This document shows positions 24,435 to 37,891 of a DNA stretch of 64,000 nt, piece after piece. Under the pieces are notes generated by a model, which did no database searches, was not told the DNA's origin, and saw only the letters and a program-made list of their open reading frames with translations. Numbering within the stretch: the stretch's first letter is position 1; each line of letters starts with the position of its first letter. The position numbers and the translations under genes were made by a program. The stretch comes from Lingula anatina. Lineage: Eukaryota; Animalia; Brachiopoda. Location of the stretch: NCBI GenBank assembly GCA_051362555.1, contig CM120641.1, forward strand, positions 30,572,401-30,636,400, read 5' to 3'.

Positions 24435-25035
24435 CTTTACATCAATCGAAATCAAGTGAAGTCCAATGCGTTTAATTCTTAAAAATTAAAAGATGATATA
24501 CATATCGTATACTTTGATGTTGTGAAAAACTCATTAACTGGATTAGGGAAGGAAAGGAAGCCAATGTTCAGATTTACGCATCGGATATTATTTTCAGAAA
24601 TGATGATAAAATAAATCTACTAATTTCTCAGGTAAATAAATACATTTACAGAAAATCAAAAATTGGAGGGCATCTGTAATTCAGTGACATGGAATGTTTT
24701 CTGAACTAAAAAATAATGCTTTGCTTGTCTTTATATGCATTTATTTTACACAGTAGTTACATGTAGCACGCAATAAAGAGGCATGGTAGGGTATATGGAT
24801 ATGTATGTGTAGGTATGTTTTTGAAAAATGTGTATGTGAAAAGTGATTGTACTGCACATTTTAATGCTTATTTCTTAAGTCTAATTAAAGAAAATATACA
24901 TTCTATTTTGAAATATACATCTTTAATAATCCTTACATAGAATACGTGTTTAAATGTTTGTACGATGTATAGTTTATTTATTTTAAGATTAATTATTGAA
25001 AGTAAAAGTTCAATAAAATAGATTTAGAAAAAGAA
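24435..25035 (+). mobile_element. Degraded 3' end of an L1/Tx1-like LINE
   Basis: Frame CCEKLINWIREGKEANVQIYASDIIFRNDDKINLLISQVNKYIYRKSK resembles the L1/Tx1 ORF2 C-terminus (W...IIF...IN.LIL.AK.YIY..K). It is followed by an AT-rich UTR, AATAAA at ~25012 and an A-rich tail. Confidence 0.5.
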
Positions 25036-25269
25036 TTTACTTTAAAAATTTTTAATGTAAATCAGAAGTCAAATATTGGTGTATTGGAATTAAGTAATTA
25101 TTAAAGTGCTTCATTTATTGTAAATAAAAGTCATGTGCTGGCTTCTTGCCTGACGTCCGAAATGACTTTAAATAAGAATCGCTATTATTATTATTGTTAT
25201 TATTATTATTATGCTTTTTCAAACTTTTTCACATAATGTGTCCCACGGGGTATACGTATTTTCGAATTT

Positions 25270-25560
25270 GTTACCTGTGTAAGCCACTTTTTATTTCCCC
25301 GTGATGCGTGAAATGCTCATGTCATTTAGAGTGGTCTGTGAAGCATCCCATTCCCGTGACTCATGAATGTGCCGCTTTATTCTTTGCCCTTTGTGAAACG
25401 AAGTATTGTACTCGGTGATTCGTGATTATCAAGAATTTCAATTTGCATAATCAGTGAGATATGATTCAAGTTTTATTTACTGTGATTTGTAAATTAATGA
25501 TTTTATTTTCCATGAACCGTGATCACCCCCCCACACACACACACACCAATGGTACCCTCA
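25270..25560 (+). repeat. Dispersed repeat rich in (T/C)CGTGA motifs, copy 1; copy 2 at ~30200-30470
   Basis: Collinear matches gccactttt...gtgaagca.cccattcc.gtgact...cggtgattcgtgatt...agttttatttactgtgatttgt.aattaatgattttattt...gtgatcacccccc at both loci. Confidence 0.8.
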
Positions 25561-26139
25561 ATTAAAATTAAAAAGAAAGAAAAATAAAACTCTTTTGGTT
25601 ACAAAAATTAATGTTTATTGTAAAATTAAGAGAATGACATTTTGAAGGTTTTCAACTGGCTGCTACAGAGACAATAATAGTTATGGACTGACGATCGTAA
25701 AAAATAAAAGATGAAAATATTAGTAATTCAGTTAAAATGTATTAGCTGTAAAAAAGATGTTGACGGTACCACCAGCTCCTGACTGCTATGATATATTTAA
25801 TGCTTTTATGTACAAGTTTTACCAGCTAAATAACATACTTTTCCTCTAAATAACTGAAAGAAAATCCGTCCCATTACTATGAGAGGAAGATCCAAAATTA
25901 AGGGTGGTTGGCTGGGTGAAAAGACGAGCGTCCACGTACTGGAAACAGAAGGTGACAATTTCCAAAGAAGTTACATTTTTTAATTCAAAAAAGTGATTCA
26001 ACTGATTTATTTGCTATGAAAGTTTGAAAAGCGAATTTGCTACAACTGCAGAATCAAAAGTAAAGGACAAAAAAACGAACACGGGCGAAAGATTTCATTT
26101 TATTAAAGATTCGCTAAGGCATACACTGGAGAATACTCG

Positions 26140-26598
26140 TACTTTACTCGTATTGAACTTTTTCATCTTCTTTTTTAGCTAATCTATCTGCCACTGTGAA
26201 GAATATTTTAAGTGAACGTTCAAAGGTAAAATGTGCCACAGGCTGCGGTGTATGGTTTATGACACTGTCTCAACCATGATTGTGACGGCCTCCACAAAAG
26301 AAAATCACCCAACTGTGTTAGTGAAGACAACGTGAGACGGGGCTGGGGGAAGATGTTATTCAAGTAATAAGTCATGACTCATCACTTGTACTGCACGTTA
26401 GATGAAAATGGAAAGTGTTATGACGGACTCAAGCAAACTGTAACTGTACCTGGGTCCGGATTGCTCAGTGCTTTGCCTGGGGGTGGTTGGTCGGGGGAGG
26501 AGGTAAAGAGTCAGCCCATGTAGGCCTATCAGGAGAGTTTATCACTCCGCTGAAACTGTGTTACAGCATGCACGCACGCACACAAACACACGCACGCA

Positions 26599-26643
<45 letters not shown>

Positions 26644-28480
26644 AAGGCTTGTTTTGTTTTATAAACAAGAGATAATCTTTGTGTGCAGTTCATTCGTCTG
26701 ACCAGAAGCTCCAGCTTTGAAATGAAGTAATTGTTTCGATTTTTATTCATGTCTCGGCCAAATCTTCTCTTATTAGCCTTGAACTCTTTTTCATCCCCTT
26801 CTCTTATTTATTTATTTGTTTATCTGTGAAAAATTTTTAAGTAAACAATCTCTATTCACAAGGGAAATGTACCGCAGGCTGTTATGTTTTAATTTTGATG
26901 CTGTCTCAACCATGATTGTGACGGACTCCACAAATATCACCCAACTGTGTTAGTGAAGACATAACGTGAGACAGGTGGGGGGGGGGGGGGGAGATGTTCT
27001 TAAAGTAATGAAATAATAATTCATGGGTACTGTTGGAAAACTATTTTAATTTAAGAGTAAATTTCTTGAAACTTACATATATACTGTACGGTAGATTAAA
27101 AAGCAATGTGATGAAACCAGCCTTCAACAAAATATCCAGTGTTATGAGGGACGTGAGCGGATGCCATATTAATATATTTAATGAGATGTGTGTACGACAC
27201 GACATTTTCTACCCGTTCAATGCCCCTTGCCGTAAAAATCTGCATACAAACACAGGCGATGCTCATTCCATTGCAATAAATGAAGAGCAAAATTAAGGAC
27301 TGAAAATATTTCTCTGGGATATACAACATTGGTCAAAAAGGTTGTCCCACCCTCAGTATCATGTGCTTTTATTTATAAATGATCACATCACAGGTGAAGA
27401 TTGTTATAAATAGTGATTTTCATTCCAGATACCACAACTAACATGATTATTGATACAGCAAATACAAGCTATCGGTGAAGATATCAATATTTAATACCAT
27501 TTATTCACATTTATTACATGTACCCCCTCAAATCCGACGTTTCTCTGTGATTTTCACAGGGGCAAAGAAATGTCCATTAAATTAAAATGACATCACCAAA
27601 TGTCACCAAATTTACACAATTTAGCATTAGGGTGTGCTCGTTGAAGGCCACGTGTCTAATATGTATGAGATATTTGTATAGGAAAATGAAATTTCACTGA
27701 CGCAATAAGTCATGGGCAGTGATGACATGCTATTTAAACTTAAAATTAAAGGCCATCACTTGTACTGATGGGTAGATGATAAATTTAGTAATATGATGGA
27801 CTCAAGCAAACTGTAACTGTACCTAGGACGCAGATTGGTCGGTGCTTGGCACGGGGGGGGGGGGGGGCAGAGTGTCAGTAGATGTGTCAGGAGAGTTTAC
27901 GACTATGATAAAAAGTGTGTTACAGCATACACGCACACACACACACACACACACACTGAAGGCTGGTTTTGTTGTATTTGAAACCAAATGGAAGAGCGCA
28001 GTGGTAAATACATTTACGGTGTGCTGGTTAATTCGCGCGGATTATGTGGTATAGATGGGTGTTAGAGCTAAAAGATCTGCGGGTAGGGTTTGTTAACGCC
28101 TAGAATCCATTGATAAGGCTTGGCAGCTCCTGCTTTTAAACGAAGTGATTATTTTTTAACGTCTTTGCTAAATCTACTTTACTCGTATTGTCCTTTTTAA
28201 AGTTAAAACTCTTTTTCATTCCCCTTTTTTAGCTAATCTATCTGCCACTGTGAAGAATATTTTAAGTGAACAACCTTTGTTCATAAGAAAAATGTGCCAC
28301 AGGCTGCGGTGTCTGGTTTATGACGCTGTCTCAACCATGATTGTGACGAACTCCACAAAATCCACACAATTGTGTTAGTGAAGACAACGTGAGACACTTA
28401 CGGGGCTGGGGGAGTAAAGATGTTCTCCAAGTAATAATTCATGGATAGTGTTGGAAAGCTATTTTTAAGAGTTAATGTCG
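26140..28480 (+). repeat. Diverged tandem/segmental repeat with A-B-A-(insert)-B-A modules, including (CA)n and G-runs
   Basis: Module A (ctgtctcaaccatgattgtgacg...tgtgttagtgaagaca) at ~26265, ~26900 and ~28325. Module B (ggactcaagcaaactgtaactgtacct...caggagagttta...(CA)n ctgaaggct) at ~26380-26650 and ~27750-27965. Confidence 0.8.
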
Positions 28481-28833
28481 TGAATCTAACATATACTATA
28501 CTATACTAGGCCTACCCAACTACCAGAATGGGCACCGAATGATCCTGAATTCACTGGTAGATCAGATGGGGAATTTTTTGTCTCTGCGTCTGCTTGTCCG
28601 TATCACAATTTGATTGACGTTTGTTTATATAATCTGTCAATCAAGCTGTTATTACCTGACGGGATCGTCAAAACTGAATGACTTGATTTGCACGTTGTCG
28701 ATCAAATAGTGCAGGAAGCTGAAACTTTACATGCTCGACAACTGTAGTTATCAACTGCGTAATTATTGTGATTGACGTTTATCAAAGTCGTGTGCTTTTG
28801 ACAGCTTCCGTCAAAGTTGAATTAAACCGTATG

Positions 28834-29001
28834 CAGGGGCGGATTCAGGGCGTCTTCTGGGTCTTCCGGAAGACGGTCAGATTTTCAAGTTTACATTCAC
28901 GGGTATCTAATTTTTTCTGTCGGAAGACGGTCAAAAATGAAGAACGGAGCAACAAAGATAATTTGGAAGACTGTCAGAAAATATCTCTGAATCCGCTCCT
29001 G
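28834..29001. mobile_element. 168-bp hAT-like MITE with 5-bp TSD GTATG
   Basis: TIR CAGGGGCGGATTCAG / CTGAATCCGCTCCTG. GTATG at 28829-28833 and 29002-29006. Confidence 0.85.
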
Positions 29002-29292
29002 GTATGAGTTTGATTGGCACCTGTCTATCACAACACTTTTGTTACTTTTATTTAAATAGTACATTTTGCCATCCAGCTCTATCCAGTCTCAATTCCTACC
29101 CGTCCTGATACACTTTAGGTACGTCTCGACAGATACCTCTTGACAAATAACGACACCCGGCACTGTAAACCCATAAATGTACCGATAAATGCACGTGCCG
29201 ACAGAATAATAGCCTAGAGTCTGCTTTTGAAAATGGAGCTTCTTAAAAATTATAGAAATCACAACCCAGAGAGTACATGGTATCTGATAACA

Positions 29293-29460
29293 CAGGCCCG
29301 TAGCCAGCAATTTTAAAGGGGGGGTTCTTTTTCTGAAAAAGTGGACCTTTTACCATATAATCCCCATGTACCTAGGTCAAATTTTACACAGAGTGGACCT
29401 TTTTCCAGCAAAAATGGGGGGTTCTTTCGAACCCCCAAACCCCCCCTGGCTACGGGCCTG
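29293..29460. mobile_element. 168-bp hAT-like MITE with 5-bp TSD TAACA
   Basis: Perfect TIR CAGGCCCGTAGCCAG / CTGGCTACGGGCCTG. TAACA at 29288-29292 and 29461-29465. Confidence 0.88.
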
Positions 29461-30559
29461 TAACATAACAGTAAAGATTACAGGCACACGTACTGAAACA
29501 TCAGTGGTCGTCATAGGTAAATGTTCTGACAAGCTCACCTTATTTACTTGTTATTTAATAAAGATTATTTCTTGTGATTAAACATCAATTACCATTATTT
29601 GAGGGTCATGGGGAAGACACATTTACCATGTTTTACCCTCAGTAACTAAATTTCAATGACTAAATTAAAACTTCGCCTTGATATTTATTATAGAAAGCAT
29701 TATATTTACCCTCGACCTTGAAGTTTGATACAGTTTACCATACAAACATTGACAGCGTTGCTAGCTCTTTAATGTTACTTTATTCTTTATTCAGACTTGT
29801 GCTGTGTAAAAAAAGACATACGGAGATATTTGCGCCTCAATATATACTAAGCTCCATAAAAACATGTAATTTGATCATATAAATTTTGAAAGTTCCCTGT
29901 CACAAAATGCGTCCTTACTCTGAAATACTGGTACAGCCTGAGAACATGCGTTTTTCAGGCGTCTTGATTGGTAATTTGGTGCATGGGGGGGGGGGGGGGG
30001 AGGGGGGGGGGGAGGGGGGGGGAGGGGTAACATCTTCAACTTTGCAAAAGTGATATTCTAAGAGTAGGTATTGTAGCAAAAGTAATATTCTAAGAGTAGG
30101 TATTGTAGCTGAATTTTCGTTCGCAAAGGTAATAAAAACATTTGGAAATATTGTTCGTACTCTGGTTAGCACATCCCCATACTAGGTATTTTGCTTGCCC
30201 TTGAAAGCCACTTTTTACCTCCCAAGATTCGTGAAACGTTCATTTTATTTAGCGTGAAGCACCCCATTCCTGTGACTAGTGAATGTGGCTTTTTTATTTT
30301 CCGTTATTCGTGAAACAAAGTCATTATATTTATGCACGGTGATTCGTGATTCGTGATTTTTGACGCGCATTTTCAGTGAAATATGAGTATAGTTTTATTT
30401 ACTGTGATTTGTGAATTAATGATTTTATTTCCCGTAAATTGTGATCACCCCCCCCCCCCCCTGTATCCTCCCGAGAGAGGTGAGAATATTTACACCTAGT
30501 CTGAATCAGTAAACAAAAAACGCATCTTGTCTTCTCTAACACAACCCAGCACAGGGGAA

Positions 30560-30592
<33 letters not shown>

Positions 30593-30628
30593 TGAAACAG
30601 CCAGCCAAATAATTTGACATCAAACTTA

Positions 30629-32117
30629 ATGGTTGATAACATTATTTTTGCCATTATTTTTGCAATTATGATGGTAGAAAGCCTTAATCCCGGGATTAGG
30701 ACGCCTTGCGCCATATCAAATAACAAAAACAAGTTTAAATCGAAACTTGTGTTCAAAAAGCGGGTGCCCTGTACATTATTATGTAATACAAGTGAGCATT
30801 TCGGTGAGAGGTGTTCAGGTAGCACCAAGGTCAGTAGAAGATGGAGAAGACAGAGGTTCTTGGTACGTTGCTGCAATTTCCACATGTAGGCCAAAAATTT
30901 AGCACAGAAAATGACAGGAAGCTGTCGTAGTATTGTATAGATGATATAAGATAACGCTGTGTATTTTGTGTAGACGACGTTTGCCCAAATAATGCGTTTC
31001 GCACAGGGACATTTTAATCCTTATGACTGTGGGGACATTACACTTATGTCCAATACACTCTCCATTAGAATTTCAAAATCAGCTCAGAGTTTGAATGATT
31101 TATTTTCTGTAATTTCAGAGAAGGAACGCACTTGACAATGAGGAAGTGAGAGGCTTATTGCCGCTGTCCAAAGGTCTGAACAAGTCCTCAACAAGTAATA
31201 CGACTGGACAGGTATCTACATTCTCCTAATTGTTTTATTGGTGAGGTCATTGACCTGTTTTCAAAGTATCAAAAATATCATGTTTATAAAAGTAAACTTC
31301 AAACAGACAAATGCACGTTTAGTAAGAACATGTTGAACTATTGTGTCATTGCATTCCTGGAAACGACGGGACCAGGTTGGGGAGGTGAGGGGTGGGGACG
31401 GGACCAGGTTGGGGAGGTGAGGGGTGGGGACGGGACCAGGGTGGGGAGGTGAGGGGTGGGGACGGGACCAGGGTGGGGAGGTGAGGGGTGGGTGGGGGTG
31501 GGCGGGGGTACAGTGTCCTTCCCTTAATTTAAGAGGTATCCCTTCTCTCTTCCATATTAACAAATCAAAACAAGAACAAGAACAAATGAAAAGCGGAAAA
31601 AAATTGTACATGAAACGAAACTAGACGAAATCCAGATAATGTATTTCTTCGTTTCCTCCCACTAAAAAAACCTGGCTTGGTCAGTGAAAATGTGCCTAGA
31701 TAATGTCTTTTTTAGATCCTGTCAATTTTAAACTAATTGGGTGCATCTGCCAAATGTTTTCATTCTCTGACTTTCATTTCCGTGAATATTTCTGTTATCC
31801 GGGCACCTGGTCCTTTCATACCGCATCTTACGTATAAATGCAAAGAAGTATGTTGTCATTAAACAGTGCATAGGGTAGAAAAGAATAGGAATGGCAAAAT
31901 AGTGTTTGGTTAACATAATCCCTTGTGTTCCAAATAGCATGTTGTAAAGATATACACATACTGCTTCATCAAACTGTGTCATGAATGTGATTTTCTTCGT
32001 TTATTTCAGTGGCTCCCAACTGCTGTTTACCGGGTGATTGGATGCGTCGCCGATCAAAGACATCAGATTCATGTTGGACATCGCCTGAGCCCATGCCAAG
32101 ATTGTCTCGCTTGTTGA
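30629..32117 (+). CDS. Hypothetical 3-exon small ORF (30629-30862, 31119-31211, 32010-32117; 144 aa)
   Basis: Canonical GT-AG junctions with good pyrimidine tracts (ttttctgtaatttcAG, ttttcttcgtttatttcAG). Joining at phase 0 keeps the frame open. No recognisable homology, so it could be a non-coding transcript. Confidence 0.3.
31365..31508 (+). repeat. 32-bp G-rich minisatellite (4 copies), G-quadruplex-prone
   Basis: GACGGGACCAGGKTGGGGAGGTGAGGGGTGGG x4, then GGTGGGGGTGGGCGGGGG. Confidence 0.9.
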
Positions 32118-32527
32118 AGTTTGTCTTGTAGTTTATTTACAGGGTTGACATTTGATATGAAATGTAATCTTTACCTTGGATAGTAATATTCTGCATAAAA
32201 TGTGTATAAAAAAATTGTTGTACGCAGCAAAAATTTTGAACGAAACTTATGATCAGAGAAAAAGAAAGAAATGGATGGCGTCGACCCTGCATGTCGCTGG
32301 TTATATAATATAGATTTGTTTCTAAATCGTAGTACAGTATTTTATCCGCTCATATCGTTTCAAGGTATTTTATTTATTATGTATATTTATTATTGTGTCG
32401 GAAGGAAGTACCCATCAATTCTCAAACAAAAATACGGCACTTTTTGGAGTTCACCTTTAACAAAATAATTTTAATTCAAAAAGTATTTTGCTGAAATGAT
32501 GGATGAAAACAAAAATGATAGTTATCA

Positions 32528-32528
<1 letters not shown>

Positions 32529-32576
<48 letters not shown>
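32529..32576. repeat. (ATT)n microsatellite
   Basis: Pure trinucleotide run. Confidence 0.9.
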
Positions 32577-34431
32577 GATTTTTAGGTAGAGTACTGCGCC
32601 AGTACTATTGATTTTCTAGTTGAAGGTAAAAATTGTCTGTGGGCAAATCTTCAATTAGTCACTTAGCTGTGCATTTGAGGATATTTGAAATATTTATTTT
32701 GAATTAAATTGAACTGAATTCTGAGATTCCGATAAGAAAAATATCTCAACTTCATTACATGAAACTTTTGAGACACAAACGGTTTCATACAGTGACCGTT
32801 AAGTTTGAGAAATGAACAAGTTGTTAATTAAAAATAACTTACAAACACTGTTGTTCAAGTTATAATGCTTTGGACATTACAGCGTTAGGAAAATGATTAA
32901 ATTTGTCCACGTGATTGCAGAATTGCCCATGTATAAGAAACGATCCTGTTTTTAAATTGTGGACTTAAGTTTGTGACGCATGTTAAGAATGAACTTACTT
33001 TGGTTTCGGTGTTTTGATATTTTCGTCTGATCAGTGACAGAGACCCATGTACTGTGCTTGGAGGGGTCTAAAACAGTGTTAAGAAAATGAAACCAGGAGA
33101 GAAATAGGGATTTTCACGAAATTACTGCGCATTCGTTATTGCAGTAGGGGGAATATATGTTACCAGCGTGATAAAAATTGTCCCTTCTTAGGACCACCAA
33201 AATTTATCAGCATTGCATGAGCTCATTTGTGTGTTGTTCGACTTTTTGCCAATATCGCAAAGCAGAAATGTAAGTGCTCTCCTGGAAAAACTTTTGTTCA
33301 TATGCATGAAAATATCTATTATTAATTAATATTTCTTTGGTTGTGATTGAGGGGTGATTGAGAGAAAAAGGTCTGATTGGATGCCAGTCCCGCGCGTCCT
33401 GTTGGGGTATTTTTGCTAAGTGTTTCTTGATCACTGAGCACCGGAGACCAGAGTAAAGGCGTTAGCATTTATAGATTAATGAATTTTAAGTCACCGTTTT
33501 TGTTTCTGCGTAATCTTTTCAGATTTGTTTGTATATTTTTCTTAAATGTCATGACTAGAATAAGCTTTGAAATTGACCATGTTTTTATGCTGTTCCTGAT
33601 TCGCATGTGTGCAAATTTAAGTTTTCGCTCAAAGTCGTGTCATTAACCTACCAATATTAAGGATGTAATGAATTGAAAACAAAATAATGTAAAACACTCG
33701 ATTCTTAAAAATGACTTTTTGTCTACCCTTTTCTGTGCGAGAATCAGCCCGACGGCATAGAACAAGGTGTGCGTGAGTGCGAGTGCACGTGAGGGGAAGA
33801 CGCCTATGTGAGATTATATGCATTTTGGAATTTCGATATCATTCACACCACTGAAATTGGATACTTTGCTCCTCAATGAAATTAGTAATCAATTATTAAC
33901 GTCAACTTTGAACAAAATTTGACAAGTACGATATGATTTCAATTTATCTTCCAGTCCTGGTCATTTTTTTATATGAATTTTGTTTTAGTAAGAATTATGT
34001 CGAAATTATCTTTTATAAAAATAAATAGAATTTGTTGTTTGAGCAGCAATTTCCAAAGTGCATAAAATCCTTCATATGTGTTAGTTAGTTTACTATCTGG
34101 TAGACTTCTTGTATATTTTTGTAAAAGCATAATTTATAGAATTTTTTAGAAATTTGACACTACTGTAATGATTGCTATGAACGTAGAAAAAACGTAACTT
34201 CACGTATTTTGTTTTGTATAAAACTTCGTTGAAATTACTTGGAATTTATTGAAACAATAAATAATGAAAATAATGCACAGATATTTGTATGTTGAATTCC
34301 CTTTAATTTTTCACCTTCTGTTCCCTTTAGCTCTCGTTATCTAGTTCACAGGTCTTACCTATAGAGCCTCTTGTATCAGTTTACCTTGATTATTTGAATA
34401 TTTTTTTGCAAAAGGTAATTTGCTGGGACCC

Positions 34432-34505
34432 AGGAGCGCCAGGTTTCGAACTTGGGACTTTTTGACTCAGAGGCAAGCGTGTTACCTACTCCTCTAACTG
34501 TTCCC
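34432..34505 (-). mobile_element. tRNA-derived SINE head / tRNA pseudogene
   Basis: Minus strand GGGAACAGTTAGAGGAGTAGGTAACACGCTTGCCTCTGAGTCAAAAAGTCCCAAGTTCGAAACCTGGCGCTCCT has an A-box-like motif and B-box GTTCGAAACC at tRNA spacing. The stems pair poorly, so it is not a functional tRNA. Confidence 0.6.
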
Positions 34506-36949
34506 ACCCACCCTCCTCGGGAAGACTTTCCTCTTATAGTAACCAAAGGGAAATTTCTGTAAAGCCCCTTGAAAAGCATTCAATGATTTACAAGTACCCG
34601 AACCAAGAAACGAACCCAAACCCGAGGGGTACCATTGAGTCAATGGAATTATTGTAGTAACCTAAGTAAAATTCTAAACAAATCGTAATACCTTGAAGAA
34701 ATTTTAGAAACGTAAGACAAGTTTGAAGCCCAACCCCAGGTTGCCGCTGAGAAACGCAACCGTCAAAGAAATAACTAAGACATTTTGTATATTTGGAAAG
34801 TCTTTATTTAGTGCCAAACAACTATGTATTAATTATATCTAAGTATTTTATTGTAAAACTACCAAGTTTAAGTACACTTAAATCGCTACTTAATCACTTT
34901 GAATATCTGTAAGACATGCATGTAAAACAAAGTTATATCTCAAAGGTGTAACATATACAACAAATGTATTACATTTCACCAATAAATGGTCAACTTAACT
35001 ACTCGTTTACGGTTTGGTGTTATCAATATCTACAAGCATTCCTAAAAAAATCAGAACAAATTTGAGAAATTGACAGTAATTAAAGAGATATAAAGCAGTT
35101 CATCAATTATTACACAAAATGTGTGCGTCACTGACTAATAAGATCAATAACTTGTGACTATTTCTATATTTACATGATTTATTTGATTTAGTCACCACTC
35201 GTTACCTTGCTGGTACTTTCGCCCTAAAAAGTTCGGAAACATCGTTATTTTGAATAATTATAAAACAACCATATTTAGTTACGGTAAATATTTTAACCAA
35301 ATATTGTTGATTAATGAACCCACAATTTGTTAATGTTTATTTACACAGAAAATTTTCCCAACACATTACATTTTTTTTTTTTTTTTGGTTATTGAAAAAC
35401 AATTTCACGTTTCCGAACTTTCTTGGTCGCGTGTATCATAACCAACAATCTCCCAGGGCCGCTAATTCCATGTACACTTTTCTCTGGCGCATGCAGGTCA
35501 GAAAATTCCCATCGTTTAACTAGAAACATATCTGTGAAAACGTGTATCTAGTGAAAAATCAATCTGTGGCCCTGGTAGAGGGTAATCATTATTGTATTTA
35601 ACATTTAACAAAGGCCACGTCGGCAAACTTGAAGGTCTTACGAGAATAGAGCACGTTGAAAGGCATAAGGGACAGATATCTTTACTGAAATAAACCAAAC
35701 CTGTATCTGACGACCACGCAGTCTTAGACACGCCATGTTTCTAGTACTCAATGCCTTATTTTAAAGGTATCAACATGAGGTATCAACAGAACGATTAACA
35801 TTTGTTAGAAAGAGTATTTTGCGCTATCAGTTTGCCCCCTATGCCTTGAAGGGTTGACATTGTTGGCCAGTGAAGCCACAATTTTTAAAACTCCGTCACA
35901 CAAAGATCTGTACGTGTAGCTATAATTAAACTTATATATTCAACGGACTGAAATAGTACAACTGGACTAGTGAAATCGTTTTTAGAAATGGAAGTCTTAT
36001 ACAGTGTACCTACTGTCTGTTATGCTCTTTTTATTTCGACCTCAAACCGCTTACTACAAATATTTACATGTCAGTAAATAGGAATTTAAATGGGAGATTC
36101 CACAGCATTTCCCCTTTTTTGTCTGCTTCTTGTAAATATACTCCTTGTACGTCTTCAACTGACGATACTTTTTCTACTAACGAAGTCCGAAATAGTTTTC
36201 ATTTCCATAGGACGTGATAAGGTGAAGTTATGGAGGAAGCAAAATGTTGTGGAGGAAACACTGGGGAATGGCCAAACCATTTTTATGCATGCACGCGTCA
36301 CAATACTTCTTATAAAATTAATTACAAATATGTGAACATTAAATCCCTAACACTGATACATTGAAACGTTATACCGAATTGGTTGAAACATAAATATTCG
36401 TATACTTAGTTTCCACACCGCCTCGCATCCACTCCCTGATCACGTAAGGTGTAACAACTCTTCCCAGAGAGTAGGTTCAATTTGCTTTATGGGGGAGGGG
36501 CTAAAGCTTTTCTGTTCAACTCTCACTCTTATCTGACAAGCAAAACTTGATTAAAAATTTACTAAAATCAAATGCATATATATGTATATATAGTGCATTT
36601 GTGTTAAATATATTCCAAAAAAGAAACCAGAAGAAAACAGCCAAAATGAAATAATGTAATGAGGTCAATGGCGATTCTAAAATGGCCCACTGCTTTTATC
36701 TGAACAGTTTTCGCCATGTTTGACAAACTGGGCAGTACTATAACGCCACCTGGAGGAAAATATGATCGTCTCTGTTGCAATAAGTACCTACCACATTATG
36801 ATATCAACATACTACATGTAGCTGTATATGACATCTACGTCTTTGTATGTCCACACATGAATCTACATGTATGAACGGATGTATGTGAGCAAAAATCTAT
36901 AAGGTTGGTTTTTAAACGTTAGACCTACATCTGTGTTTCAGTCTAGAAA

Positions 36950-37890
36950 GAGCAACTTGATTATGACTGAGGTAAGCTTATCTGTTGACTGTGTGTAATT
37001 GAAGTGAATTTTTGAGAAGTGAAAACTATACTTAAAAGACTGGCAAATTCCGATGATAAAAACAGTTAAACATTAATAATAATGACATATCAAGTCCAAT
37101 GTTTGTGACATTTGTACAACTGAAGCTTAACAACTGTATAAATCTGAGATAAGCTTATCAGTTGATTGTGTATCACGAAAAAGATTTTTTGGACAACATA
37201 TTTTATTATTACATTTAAAAACTGGCAAATCACATGGCTTACAATAGTTAAAAAATAAATAAAATATATAAAATAATAATAATAATCTTTATTGGAGAAT
37301 CGCAACCCGAAGGTTGAAGTTATACAATTATGTTATACAATTATATATGAATATTCAAGTCAAAGTCAAAGTTAAGCATTAATAATTTTGACAAATCTAG
37401 TCCATTATTTGTGATACTTGTACAAATGCTGCTTAACAGCAACAGAAATGTGATAACTCATCACTTACACTGTGTGATTACTGATGACTGTGTAACTGCA
37501 TATTTTTAAAACATTTTAAAAGAGTGAAACTTACATTTAAAAAACTGCTAAATTCAACAGATTAAAATAGGTAAACGTTAATAACTCTGCGAGATGTAGG
37601 CCCTACTGTCATGTTTGTAAAACTTGTACAAGTGTGGCTTAATTAGCAACTGAAATAATCTAAAATAAGCTGATCAGTTAACTGTATGTAATGAAAGTAA
37701 TATTTAGGACAACATATTTGAGAAAACTGATAACATCTATAAAAAACTGGCAAATTCCATGGATAAAAATAGTTTTAAAAATCTAGTCCAATGTTTGTGA
37801 AATGTATACCACTTAGGTAAAAAAAAAGAAGTTAATCTGCTACGTGTAATTAAAGTGTTTTTTTTCACAATTCATTTGAGAAAGGTGAAA
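36950..37890 (+). repeat. Highly diverged monomers of the 194-bp satellite (array periphery)
   Basis: Recurrent gataagcttatcagttga.tgtgt, actggcaaattcc and agtccaat.tttgtga motifs. Interrupted at ~37260-37340 by an (ATT)n-tailed hairpin fragment (caacccgaaggttg). Confidence 0.75.
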
Positions 37891-37891
37891 A

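Noticed and set aside
34432-34505. Functional tRNA gene
   Set aside because: Acceptor and anticodon stems do not pair well. It is better explained as a SINE head or pseudogene.
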